DNA of 32,000 bases, from the NCBI RefSeq assembly GCF_000195955.2, contig NC_000962.3, positions 3,660,001 to 3,692,000 of the forward strand, read 5' to 3'. This stretch comes from Mycobacterium tuberculosis H37Rv. Lineage in GTDB: Bacteria > Actinomycetota > Actinomycetes > Mycobacteriales > Mycobacteriaceae. Under the pieces are notes generated by a model. The model saw only the letters and a program-made list of their open reading frames with translations. It ran no database searches and had not been told where the DNA came from. Shown one piece after another: positions 1 to 10,444 of the stretch (position 1 is the first letter of the stretch; each line of letters begins with the position of its first letter). Made by a program: the position numbers and the translations under genes.

Positions 1-696
1 TGTTCGTCCGTACACTCACTTGTTGTGTCCTTTGCCGATGCCACCATCGCGCGCCTTCCCGGGGTGGTCCAGCCCTATGCGCAGCGCCACCATGAGCTGA
101 TCAAATTTGCCATCGTCGGCGGCACCACATTCATCATCGACACAGCAATTTTCTACACCCTCAAGCTGACGGTTCTCGAACCCAAGCCGGTGACCGCGAA
201 GGTGATCGCCGGCATCGTCGCCGTCATCGCGTCCTACGTGTTGAACAGGGAGTGGAGCTTCCGCGACCGCGGCGGTCGCGAGCGCCACCATGAGGCGCTG
301 CTGTTCTTTGCGTTCAGCGGCGTGGGAGTGCTGCTGAGCATGGCGCCGTTGTGGTTTTCCAGCTACATCCTGCAGCTACGGGTGCCAACGGTGTCACTGA
401 CCATGGAAAACATCGCCGACTTCATCTCGGCCTACATTATTGGCAACTTGCTGCAAATGGCGTTCCGCTTCTGGGCGTTTCGGCGCTGGGTGTTCCCCGA
501 CGAGTTCGCCCGCAACCCCGACAAGGCCCTGGAATCCGCCCTTACCGCGGGCGGCATCGCCGAAGTCTTCGAGGACGTCTTGGAGGGCGGCTTCGAGGAC
601 GGCAACGTCACCCTGCTGCGGGCCTGGCGTAACCGGGCCAACCGGTTCGCTCAGCTGGGCGACTCGTCGGAGCCCAGGGTGTCGAAAACCTCGTGA
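1..696 (+). CDS. GtrA-family integral membrane protein, 5' end cut by the window edge (Rv3277-like)
   Basis: Frame 1 is open from base 1, with no stop before the GTG at 25, up to TGA at 694-696. The translation has a GtrA-like pattern (HELIKFAIVGGTTFIIDTAIFY, several hydrophobic helices, REWSFRDRG loop, FRFWAFRRWVF). The C-terminal ~70 aa are acidic and poorly structured. Confidence 0.7.
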   Translation, partial: CSSVHSLVVSFADATIARLPGVVQPYAQRHHELIKFAIVGGTTFIIDTAIFYTLKLTVLEPKPVTAKVIAGIVAVIASYVLNREWSFRDRGGRERHHEALLFFAFSGVGVLLSMAPLWFSSYILQLRVPTVSLTMENIADFISAYIIGNLLQMAFRFWAFRRWVFPDEFARNPDKALESALTAGGIAEVFEDVLEGGFEDGNVTLLRAWRNRANRFAQLGDSSEPRVSKTS

Positions 697-1169
697 TACA
701 GCAACGCATGCACCTCCCGCAGGCGCGGAATGTTGTAGAACTCGAGCGGATCTTGTGACGCGGACTCGATAATCAACGTCCCGGTGCGAAAAATCCGCTC
801 GAAGATCCGGTCCCGGAACTCCACGCTGTTGATCCGTGCTAGCGGTATGTCGATCCCGCTGCGGGTCAGCACACCATGCCGGAACATCACCCGCCGGTTG
901 GTCACCACGAAATGTGTGGTCAGCCAGCTCAGGAATGGCCACAGCGTGAGCCAGCCGACGATCACCAACCAGATCCCCCAGATGACCGCGTGAATCACGT
1001 TCTTAGCGATCTGCTGCCAAGGTGTCGAGTTGACGAATCCGGACCCGAACGCCGCCAACCCGGTCAGCAAGACCAGCACCACGACGGGCCAGATTAAGCG
1101 ATTCCAGTGCGGATGGCGGTGCAGAACGACCTGCTCGCCAGCGGCCAGGACATTCTCCGGATAGCTCAT
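651..1169 (-). CDS. Membrane protein with bacterial PH (bPH_2/YdbS-like) domain (Rv3278c-like)
   Basis: 172-aa ORF. It has two N-terminal hydrophobic helices followed by FVVTNRRVMFRHGVLTRSGIDIPLARINSVEFRDRIFERIFRTGTLIIES, which is typical of bPH_2/DUF304 proteins. Its 3' end overlaps the convergent upstream gene by 46 nt. Confidence 0.75.
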   Translation of the reverse strand: MSYPENVLAAGEQVVLHRHPHWNRLIWPVVVLVLLTGLAAFGSGFVNSTPWQQIAKNVIHAVIWGIWLVIVGWLTLWPFLSWLTTHFVVTNRRVMFRHGVLTRSGIDIPLARINSVEFRDRIFERIFRTGTLIIESASQDPLEFYNIPRLREVHALLYHEVFDTLGSDESPS

Positions 1170-1211
1170 GCCCGCGACCTTAATCTTTTGGGGACGCCAG
1201 CTCCGCGCGAG

Positions 1212-2012
1212 TTAACGCAAATGCACCACGTCGCCCGCTGAAACAACTACCGTTCGACCGCCGACGTCCAGACACAGCCGACCCTGGTCATCGATGTCAC
1301 GCGCGATCCCGACGACGTCCTGGCCACCGGGGAGCTCGACGCGCACGCGCGACCCAATGGTCAGGCTGCGAGCACGGTAGTCGGCCGCCAGTTGTGGGTT
1401 GGCGTTGCGCCACTGGATGATCCGAGCTTCGAGCTCGCGCAACAGCCTGCTGGCTATGCGGTTGCGGTCCGGTGCCGCCACTCCGAGGTCCAGCAATGAG
1501 GTCGCGTCGGGATCAACCTCTTCGGGGGCCTGGGTGACGTTGAGTCCCACACCGAGTACCACAAACGGCTGCGCGACCTCGGCCAGGATGCCGGCTAACT
1601 TGCCACCCCGGGCCAGCACGTCATTGGGCCACTTGAGGCCCGTTTCGGCCGGCGGGACTGCAATCAGGGGGGCCACCGAATCGAGCACCGCCAGACCCGC
1701 GGCCAGTGACAGCCAGCCCCACGCTTGCACCGGGACGTCGACCACACGCACACCGACCGACAGGATGATCTGCGCTCGGGCAGTGGCCGCCCAGCCGCGG
1801 CCATGACGCCCCCGCCCAGCGGTCTGATGCTCGGCGATCAACACCACCCCGTCGATATCGGCCCCGGATGCCGCCCGGGCCAGCAAGTCGGCGTTGGTGG
1901 AACCGGTTTGGGCCACGACGTCAAGTTGGCGCCACCCGGATCCAGCACCGATCAGCTGGTCGCGCAGTGAGCGTTCGTCCAAAGGCGGCCTGAGCCGATC
2001 GCGGTCGGTCAC
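1212..2012 (-). CDS. birA: Biotin--[acetyl-CoA-carboxylase] ligase
   Basis: 266-aa ORF with a GTG start at 2012. It carries the biotin-binding loop GRGRHGRGW and a C-terminal SH3-like tail. It lies next to the genes for its carboxylase substrates. Confidence 0.9.
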   Translation of the reverse strand: MTDRDRLRPPLDERSLRDQLIGAGSGWRQLDVVAQTGSTNADLLARAASGADIDGVVLIAEHQTAGRGRHGRGWAATARAQIILSVGVRVVDVPVQAWGWLSLAAGLAVLDSVAPLIAVPPAETGLKWPNDVLARGGKLAGILAEVAQPFVVLGVGLNVTQAPEEVDPDATSLLDLGVAAPDRNRIASRLLRELEARIIQWRNANPQLAADYRARSLTIGSRVRVELPGGQDVVGIARDIDDQGRLCLDVGGRTVVVSAGDVVHLR

Positions 2013-2061
2013 CGCCCCAGCCTAAGGAAGTAGTGTGCGGCAGCCGATAACATCGACTCCC

Positions 2062-3688
<1,627 letters not shown>

Positions 3689-3708
<20 letters not shown>

Positions 3709-4222
3709 GTCGAGTGAGCGGAACGAACCTGTGAGTCGAGTGAGCGGAACGAACGAAGTGAGTGACGGGAACGAGACGAACAATCCGGCAGAAGTGAGTG
3801 ACGGGAACGAGACGAACAATCCGGCAGAAGTGAGTGACGGGAACGAGACGAACAATCCGGCCCCTGTGAGTCGAGTGAGCGGAACGAACGAAGTGAGTGA
3901 CGGGAACGAGACGAACAATCCGGCCCCTGTGAGTCGAGTGAGCGGAACGAACGAAGTGAGTGACGGGAACGAGACGAACAATCCGGCCCCTGTGACCGAG
4001 AAGCCGCTGCATCCGCACGAGCCCCACATCGAGATACTGCGGGGACAACCCACCGATCAGGAGCTGGCCGCGTTGATCGCGGTGCTGGGCAGTATCAGCG
4101 GTTCAACCCCGCCCGCGCAACCCGAGCCCACCCGGTGGGGGCTGCCGGTCGACCAGTTGCGGTACCCCGTCTTCAGTTGGCAGCGCATCACACTGCAAGA
4201 AATGACGCACATGCGCCGATGA
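3689..4222 (+). CDS. accE5: Acyl-CoA carboxylase epsilon subunit with repetitive N-terminus
   Basis: 177-aa ORF whose ATG at 3689 overlaps the accD5 3' end by 20 nt. The N-terminal ~100 aa are encoded by the tandem array (PVSRVSGTN / [12 protein letters not shown] modules). The C-terminal part ([18 protein letters not shown]...) resembles actinomycete carboxylase epsilon subunits. The position immediately after accD5 fits. Confidence 0.85.
3702..3995. repeat. Composite tandem repeat (27-bp unit A and 36-bp unit B, 63-bp higher-order unit) inside accE5, overlapping the accD5 stop
   Basis: Unit A is CCTGTGAGTCGAGTGAGCGGAACGAAC, at 3702-3727 (26 bp), 3728-3754, 3863-3889 and 3926-3952, with a stub at 3989-3995. 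Unit B is GAAGTGAGTGACGGGAACGAGACGAACAATCCGGC(A/C), at 3755-3790, 3791-3826, 3827-3862, 3890-3925 and 3953-3988. Copies are identical apart from the last base of B. Confidence 0.95.
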
Positions 4223-4887
4223 CCCGGCTGGTGCTCGGGTCCGCCTCCCCTGGCCGGCTCAAAGTCCTTCGTGATGCCGGCATTGAGCCGCTGGTCATCG
4301 CCTCGCACGTCGACGAGGATGTCGTCATCGCGGCGCTGGGGCCGGACGCGGTCCCGAGCGATGTGGTGTGCGTACTGGCCGCGGCAAAGGCCGCGCAGGT
4401 CGCGACCACGCTGACCGGAACGCAACGCATTGTGGCCGCGGATTGCGTTGTCGTTGCCTGTGATTCGATGCTCTACATCGAAGGCAGGCTACTCGGCAAG
4501 CCAGCGTCAATCGACGAGGCGCGCGAGCAGTGGCGGTCGATGGCGGGCCGGGCCGGCCAACTCTATACGGGCCACGGTGTTATCCGGTTGCAGGACAACA
4601 AAACCGTGTACCGTGCTGCTGAAACAGCAATAACCACAGTATATTTCGGAACACCTTCGGCCTCCGATCTGGAGGCTTACCTGGCCAGTGGGGAGTCGCT
4701 GCGGGTCGCGGGTGGATTCACCCTGGACGGTCTGGGCGGCTGGTTCATCGACGGCGTGCAGGGCAATCCGTCGAATGTGATCGGCTTGAGCCTGCCGTTG
4801 CTGCGGTCGCTCGTGCAGCGATGCGGGCTGTCCGTCGCCGCACTGTGGGCAGGAAATGCGGGCGGCCCAGCGCACAAGCAGCAGTAG
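4219..4887 (+). CDS. Maf-like nucleoside triphosphate pyrophosphatase (Rv3282-like)
   Basis: ATG 4219 overlaps the accE5 TGA (ATGA, 4219-4222). The N-terminus [19 protein letters not shown] and later motifs ([46 protein letters not shown]) are typical of Maf/YhdE. The longer track ORF from 4135 is an upstream extension through accE5. Confidence 0.85.
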
Positions 4888-4927
4888 CTTCGGACTGGGC
4901 CAGGTCGCCAGCGGTAGGCTCGATGAT

Positions 4928-5821
4928 GTGCCGCTTCCCGCAGACCCTAGCCCCACCTTGTCGGCCTACGCCCATCCCGAACGGCTCGTGACCGCCGACT
5001 GGTTGTCGGCACACATGGGCGCGCCGGGCCTGGCGATCGTCGAATCCGACGAGGACGTCTTGCTCTACGACGTCGGCCATATTCCCGGCGCCGTCAAGAT
5101 CGACTGGCACACCGACCTCAACGACCCACGGGTGCGCGACTACATCAACGGCGAGCAGTTCGCCGAATTGATGGACCGCAAGGGCATCGCCCGCGATGAC
5201 ACCGTGGTGATCTATGGCGACAAGAGCAATTGGTGGGCCGCCTATGCGTTGTGGGTGTTCACGCTGTTCGGTCACGCCGACGTGCGACTCCTCAACGGCG
5301 GCCGTGACCTCTGGCTCGCCGAGCGCCGGGAAACCACCTTGGACGTCCCGACCAAGACCTGCACCGGTTATCCCGTCGTGCAGCGCAACGATGCACCCAT
5401 CCGCGCATTCAGAGACGACGTGCTGGCCATCCTGGGCGCTCAGCCGCTGATCGACGTACGCTCTCCCGAGGAGTACACCGGCAAGCGCACCCATATGCCC
5501 GATTACCCCGAGGAAGGGGCGCTGCGGGCCGGTCACATCCCCACGGCGGTGCACATTCCGTGGGGGAAGGCCGCCGACGAAAGTGGACGGTTTCGCAGCC
5601 GCGAGGAATTGGAACGGCTCTATGACTTCATAAACCCGGACGACCAAACCGTCGTCTATTGCCGCATCGGTGAACGCTCCAGCCATACCTGGTTCGTGCT
5701 CACACACCTGCTGGGCAAGGCAGATGTACGGAACTACGACGGCTCGTGGACCGAGTGGGGCAACGCCGTGCGAGTGCCGATCGTCGCGGGCGAAGAACCA
5801 GGAGTGGTACCCGTCGTATGA
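4928..5821 (+). CDS. sseA: Thiosulfate sulfurtransferase (tandem rhodanese domains)
   Basis: Two-rhodanese architecture with the active-site loop [11 protein letters not shown] (Cys codon 5660-5662). GTG 4928 gives the 297-aa form I recall. The track ORF from 4856 is a possible longer variant. Confidence 0.85.
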
Positions 5822-6249
5822 CCGCGCCCGCGAGCCTGCCCGCGCCGCTAGCAGAGGTGGTATCCGACTTCGCCGAAGTCCAGGGTCAAGACAAGCTGAG
5901 GCTGTTGCTGGAATTCGCCAACGAGCTGCCGGCGCTTCCGTCGCACCTGGCCGAGTCCGCTATGGAGCCGGTCCCCGAGTGCCAGTCTCCGCTGTTTTTG
6001 CACGTCGACGCGAGTGACCCCAACCGGGTGCGCCTGCATTTCAGCGCGCCGGCCGAAGCGCCAACCACGCGCGGGTTCGCCTCGATCCTGGCCGCCGGCC
6101 TAGACGAGCAACCGGCCGCCGACATCTTGGCGGTGCCCGAGGATTTCTACACCGAGCTGGGTCTGGCTGCCTTGATCAGCCCACTGCGGTTGCGGGGAAT
6201 GTCGGCGATGCTGGCCCGGATCAAGCGCCGGCTGCGCGAAGCGGACTGA
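5818..6249 (+). CDS. SufE-like sulfur-acceptor protein (Rv3284-like)
   Basis: ATG 5818 overlaps the sseA TGA (ATGA). The 143-aa product has SufE/CsdE-like features: an N-terminal helix region ([14 protein letters not shown]) and the conserved cysteine loop [11 protein letters not shown] (Cys codon 5980-5982). Confidence 0.8.
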
Positions 6250-6356
6250 ATCGAGGAACCGCGTGAGCGGGTCAGCGGCGCGACGCTTAAACTTCCCCCG
6301 ACAAGACTTGTAAGAAAATCTCTTAGAGACGAAGAATCAGCCCGACAGGAGGCGCA

Positions 6357-8159
6357 GTGGCTAGTCACGCCGGCTCGAGGATCGCTCGGATCTCTAAGGT
6401 TCTCGTCGCCAATCGCGGCGAGATCGCAGTGCGGGTGATCCGGGCGGCCCGCGACGCCGGCCTGCCCAGCGTGGCGGTGTACGCCGAACCCGACGCCGAG
6501 TCCCCGCATGTTCGGCTGGCCGACGAGGCGTTCGCGCTGGGCGGCCAGACCTCGGCGGAGTCCTATCTGGACTTCGCCAAGATCCTCGACGCGGCAGCCA
6601 AGTCCGGGGCCAACGCCATCCACCCCGGCTACGGCTTCCTAGCGGAAAATGCCGACTTCGCCCAGGCGGTGATCGACGCCGGCCTGATCTGGATCGGCCC
6701 CAGCCCGCAGTCGATCCGCGACCTGGGCGACAAGGTCACGGCCCGTCACATCGCGGCCCGCGCTCAGGCGCCCCTGGTGCCGGGTACCCCCGATCCGGTC
6801 AAAGGCGCCGACGAGGTGGTGGCATTCGCCGAGGAGTACGGCCTGCCGATCGCGATCAAGGCCGCCCACGGCGGCGGCGGCAAGGGCATGAAGGTGGCCC
6901 GCACCATCGACGAGATTCCGGAGCTGTACGAGTCGGCGGTGCGCGAGGCCACGGCCGCGTTCGGCCGCGGTGAGTGCTACGTGGAGCGCTATCTCGACAA
7001 GCCGCGCCACGTCGAAGCACAGGTGATCGCCGACCAGCACGGCAACGTCGTCGTCGCCGGCACCCGGGACTGCTCGCTGCAGCGCCGCTACCAGAAGCTG
7101 GTCGAGGAGGCGCCCGCACCGTTCCTGACCGACTTTCAACGCAAAGAGATCCACGACTCGGCCAAACGGATTTGCAAAGAGGCCCATTACCACGGCGCCG
7201 GCACCGTCGAATACCTGGTCGGTCAGGACGGCTTGATCTCGTTCTTGGAGGTCAACACGCGCCTTCAGGTAGAACACCCGGTCACCGAGGAAACCGCGGG
7301 CATCGACTTGGTGCTGCAGCAATTCCGGATCGCCAACGGCGAAAAGCTGGACATCACCGAGGATCCCACCCCGCGCGGGCACGCCATCGAATTCCGGATC
7401 AACGGCGAGGACGCGGGGCGTAACTTCCTACCGGCGCCCGGGCCGGTGACAAAGTTCCACCCGCCGTCCGGCCCCGGTGTGCGGGTGGACTCCGGTGTCG
7501 AGACCGGCTCGGTGATCGGCGGCCAGTTCGACTCGATGCTGGCCAAGCTGATCGTGCACGGTGCCGACCGCGCCGAGGCGCTGGCGCGGGCCCGGCGCGC
7601 GCTGAACGAGTTCGGTGTCGAAGGCCTGGCGACGGTCATCCCGTTTCACCGCGCCGTGGTGTCCGACCCGGCATTCATCGGCGACGCGAACGGCTTTTCG
7701 GTACATACCCGCTGGATCGAGACCGAGTGGAATAACACCATCGAGCCCTTTACCGACGGCGAACCTCTCGACGAGGACGCCCGGCCGCGTCAGAAGGTGG
7801 TCGTCGAAATCGACGGTCGCCGCGTCGAAGTCTCGCTGCCGGCTGATCTCGCGCTGTCCAATGGCGGCGGTTGCGACCCGGTCGGTGTCATCCGGCGCAA
7901 GCCCAAGCCGCGCAAGCGGGGTGCGCACACCGGCGCGGCGGCCTCCGGTGACGCGGTGACCGCGCCTATGCAGGGCACCGTAGTTAAGTTCGCGGTCGAA
8001 GAAGGGCAAGAGGTCGTGGCCGGCGACCTAGTGGTGGTCCTCGAGGCGATGAAGATGGAAAACCCGGTCACCGCGCATAAGGATGGCACCATCACCGGGC
8101 TGGCGGTCGAGGCGGGCGCGGCCATCACCCAGGGCACGGTGCTCGCCGAGATCAAGTAA
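6357..8159 (+). CDS. accA3: Biotin carboxylase plus biotin carboxyl carrier (alpha subunit of acyl-CoA carboxylases)
   Basis: 600-aa ORF with a GTG start at 6357, preceded by the SD AGGAGG at 6347-6352. It has an ATP-grasp biotin carboxylase core ([38 protein letters not shown]) and a C-terminal biotinyl domain with EAMKMEN (biotinyl-Lys codon 8052-8054). Confidence 0.93.
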
Positions 8160-8168
8160 GCCCGGCGG

Positions 8169-8954
8169 CTACTCCAACTGATCCCGTAGCCGTGCCAATG
8201 ACTTGGCCAGCAGCCGCGACACGTGCATCTGTGAGATACCGACGCGCTCGGCGATCTGCGTTTGGGTCATCGAGTCGAAGAACCTGAGCACCAAGACCGT
8301 TCGTTCCCGCTCGGGCAACGCCTCGAGCAACGGACGAAGCACCTCCCGATTCTCGATCTGGTCAAGACCCGCATCCACGTCGCCCAGGGTGTCTGTGATT
8401 GCGCGGGCATCGTCGTCGCTGCCGCCACCGCTGTCGATGGACAAGGTGTGGTAGGAACTACCCGCCAGCAAACCTTCGATAACCTCAGCGCGGTCCATCC
8501 CGAGCTCCGCGGCGAGCTCCGATGCCGACGGCGCCCGCCCGAGCCGCTGCGACAAATCGGCGGTGGCGGTACCTAGCCGCAGATGCAGTTCCTTGAGACG
8601 CCGGGGAACCTTGACCGACCAGCTGTTGTCGCGGAAGTGTCGTCGGACCTCGCCCATGATGGTAGGAACCGCGAAGGAGACGAAGTCCGACCCGGTCTTC
8701 ACGTCGAAGCGAACCGCGGCGTTGACCAGCCCGACCCGCGCGACCTGAATAAGGTCGTCACGCGGTTCGCCGCGACCCTCGAACCGCCGCGCGATGTGAT
8801 CGGCCAGCGGCAAGCACCGCTGAACGATCTTGTCCCGGTGCCGCTGGAATTCCGGTGAGCCGGCAGGCAAACCAACCAGCTCGCGAAACATCTCCGGAAC
8901 GTCGGCGTATTCGTTAGCTCGCGATGCAGAACCGCCGGCAGCGCGCGCCGTCAC
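8169..8954 (-). CDS. sigF: Alternative (stress/stationary phase) sigma factor SigF
   Basis: 261-aa ORF of the sigma-70 family, SigB/F group. It has region 2 (DDLIQVARVGLVNAVRFD), region 3, and the region 4.2 HTH (TQTQIAERVGISQMHVSRLL). Its GTG start overlaps the upstream rsbW stop (GTGA at 8951-8954). Confidence 0.95.
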   Translation of the reverse strand: MTARAAGGSASRANEYADVPEMFRELVGLPAGSPEFQRHRDKIVQRCLPLADHIARRFEGRGEPRDDLIQVARVGLVNAAVRFDVKTGSDFVSFAVPTIMGEVRRHFRDNSWSVKVPRRLKELHLRLGTATADLSQRLGRAPSASELAAELGMDRAEVIEGLLAGSSYHTLSIDSGGGSDDDARAITDTLGDVDAGLDQIENREVLRPLLEALPERERTVLVLRFFDSMTQTQIAERVGISQMHVSRLLAKSLARLRDQLE

Positions 8955-9388
8955 CTGCTGGATGCCGCCCGTCGGGCGGTCAACGTGATGCCGAAGACAC
9001 TGCCGGCTACATCGGGCTGGCGACCGTCGTGGAAGGTCTGGACGTCGTCGGCCAGCGCGGTCAGGACATGCCAGCTAAAGCTGCCCGGTGCCACCACGTC
9101 GTGGGTGTCGCAGGCAGCAGAAGCCTCCACCACAACTTCGTCTTTTCGCGGATCGACCACCAGGCGCAGGGTGGCATCCGGCAAGGCCGAGCGAATCAAC
9201 CGGGTGCACACCTCGTCCACCGCCAACCTCAGGTCGGCCACGGCGTCGAAATCCAGGTCCTCGAAGGTGCCGATGGCGCCGACCAGGGTGCGCAGCAGCG
9301 CCAGGTTCTCCAGGCGGGCAGCAACGTTCAGCTCGACGGCGCGGACACCGCGTTGGCGCCCCTTGGTGGGTAAATCCGAGTCGGCCAT
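8951..9388 (-). CDS. rsbW: Anti-sigma-F factor
   Basis: 145-aa product from ATG 9388, which is preceded by the strong SD GGGAGG 4 nt upstream. It is translationally coupled to sigF. The fold is HATPase-like (RLAVDEVCTRLI...). The 287-aa track ORF and an ATG at 9457 are upstream extensions without an SD. Confidence 0.9.
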   Translation of the reverse strand: MADSDLPTKGRQRGVRAVELNVAARLENLALLRTLVGAIGTFEDLDFDAVADLRLAVDEVCTRLIRSALPDATLRLVVDPRKDEVVVEASAACDTHDVVAPGSFSWHVLTALADDVQTFHDGRQPDVAGSVFGITLTARRAASSR

Positions 9389-9522
9389 GCACCCTCCCGG
9401 CAAGCTTCGATCGACAGTACTCCCGCCTTGGGTCTGGTCTTCGAGCTGGTCGGTCATGGTCGGACCTGCTGGTAGTGGGGATCTAACGCAACATGGTCGG
9501 GATTCATCATGGTGTACCCGTG

Positions 9523-9550
9523 ATACCCATTCGCAGCTGCCGGTGAAACC
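9523..9550 (-). promoter_or_regulatory. SigF-dependent (autoregulatory) promoter of the rsbW-sigF operon
   Basis: The minus strand reads GGTTTC-ACCGGCAGCTGCGAAT-GGGTAT. This matches the mycobacterial SigF consensus GGWWT-N16-17-GGGTAY. It lies ~135 nt upstream of the rsbW ATG, in the 197-bp gap after usfY. Confidence 0.75.
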
Positions 9551-9585
9551 CCGCGATGCCGGGATTTCCAGCCGCACTAGGATGT

Positions 9586-9999
9586 CTAGCCGGCCAGCCG
9601 CTGCCGCCGGACTTCGGGATGTTCGGTATACCAGCGATCGGCAATCTTGCGTATCCGCCGATGCTCGAACGCTAGCCACGCCAAACCAACCACTGTGACG
9701 ACAATCGCCACCACACCAAAGGTCATGCCCTCGGCGTGATGTCCGGTGCCGAAAGCCGCAAGAGCTCCGACGCCGCCGACGACACCGGCCACAATCAACA
9801 GATACCCAGGCCAATGCACCACGTCGATCAGCGACTCGCCGGCAAGCGGCCGCGTCGTCCGCAAGTGGTCGACGGGGTCACGATAGGTGTCGCCCATGGC
9901 CTCCTCCGTTTCCGTCCTATTCCGCCATTTCTGCCCATTACCAGGCACTACCATCAACGGTAGAACTCGTCGAACGGGTTGTGGAGGGATCTGACCCAT
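9586..9999 (-). CDS. usfY: Small membrane protein UsfY
   Basis: 137-aa ORF from ATG 9999, which has no SD. An internal ATG at 9897 with the excellent SD GGAGGAGG would give 103 aa starting MGDTYRDPVDHL. Two hydrophobic helices follow (LLIVAGVVGGVGALAAF and FGVVAIVVTVVGLAWLAF). Confidence 0.7.
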   Translation of the reverse strand: MGQIPPQPVRRVLPLMVVPGNGQKWRNRTETEEAMGDTYRDPVDHLRTTRPLAGESLIDVVHWPGYLLIVAGVVGGVGALAAFGTGHHAEGMTFGVVAIVVTVVGLAWLAFEHRRIRKIADRWYTEHPEVRRQRLAG

Positions 10000-10033
10000 T
10001 TATTTGTTGACCGCGGCCGACCTGGCCGACGGC

Positions 10034-10411
10034 TCACGGCGCCATGACCGGGCCGGCGATCGGTGGGACGCCTATGCAGAGCGTCAGCACCATCAGCGTC
10101 AACAAAAACCAGCCGGCGCCGTGCCATCCCCACCAGGTACCTTCCGCACGCCATACCCGGTAGGTGCGCAGAAACGCCCACAGCCCGGCCGCACACAGGA
10201 TCAGCGGGCCCCCCAGCGCCAGCAGGATCCGCTGGGGCGGGCCGCAGGCCGCGGTGTCGACGCCGCTGCACGTGCTGACCAACAACGCTCCCATAATGAG
10301 GAAACCGACCCCGACGACAGCGGCCACAACAGCAAACCGAATCGCCGAGTGCACCTCGCTGTCATCCCGGCCTAGCCGATCGCCGCGTGACGGCCCACCT
10401 ACTTCGTGCAT
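10034..10411 (-). CDS. Small polytopic membrane protein (Rv3289c-like)
   Basis: 125-aa ORF with an ATG at 10411 and a GGAGA SD-like element 7 nt upstream. It has three or four hydrophobic segments. It starts 33 nt after the lat stop. Confidence 0.65.
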   Translation of the reverse strand: MHEVGGPSRGDRLGRDDSEVHSAIRFAVVAAVVGVGFLIMGALLVSTCSGVDTAACGPPQRILLALGGPLILCAAGLWAFLRTYRVWRAEGTWWGWHGAGWFLLTLMVLTLCIGVPPIAGPVMAP

Positions 10412-10444
10412 CGGCGAATCTCCATCCCGCTCTTGGCGGCTGCC

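Noticed and set aside
6301-6340. An AT-richer stretch (CTTGTAAGAAAATCTCTTAGAGACGAAGAAT) upstream of accA3 as a sigma-A promoter
   Set aside because: TTGTAA could be a -35 element, but no convincing TANNNT sits at the proper spacing. I kept only the SD (6347-6352) as evidence for the accA3 start.
8160-8168. Only 9 bp between the convergent accA3 and sigF stops
   Set aside because: It is notable for possible transcriptional read-through, but there is no structure or motif to report.
8951-9814. A 287-aa extended ORF for rsbW that overlaps usfY
   Set aside because: The strong SD GGGAGG precedes the ATG at 9388. The SigF promoter lies inside the extension, and the extension overlaps the 3' end of usfY in another frame.
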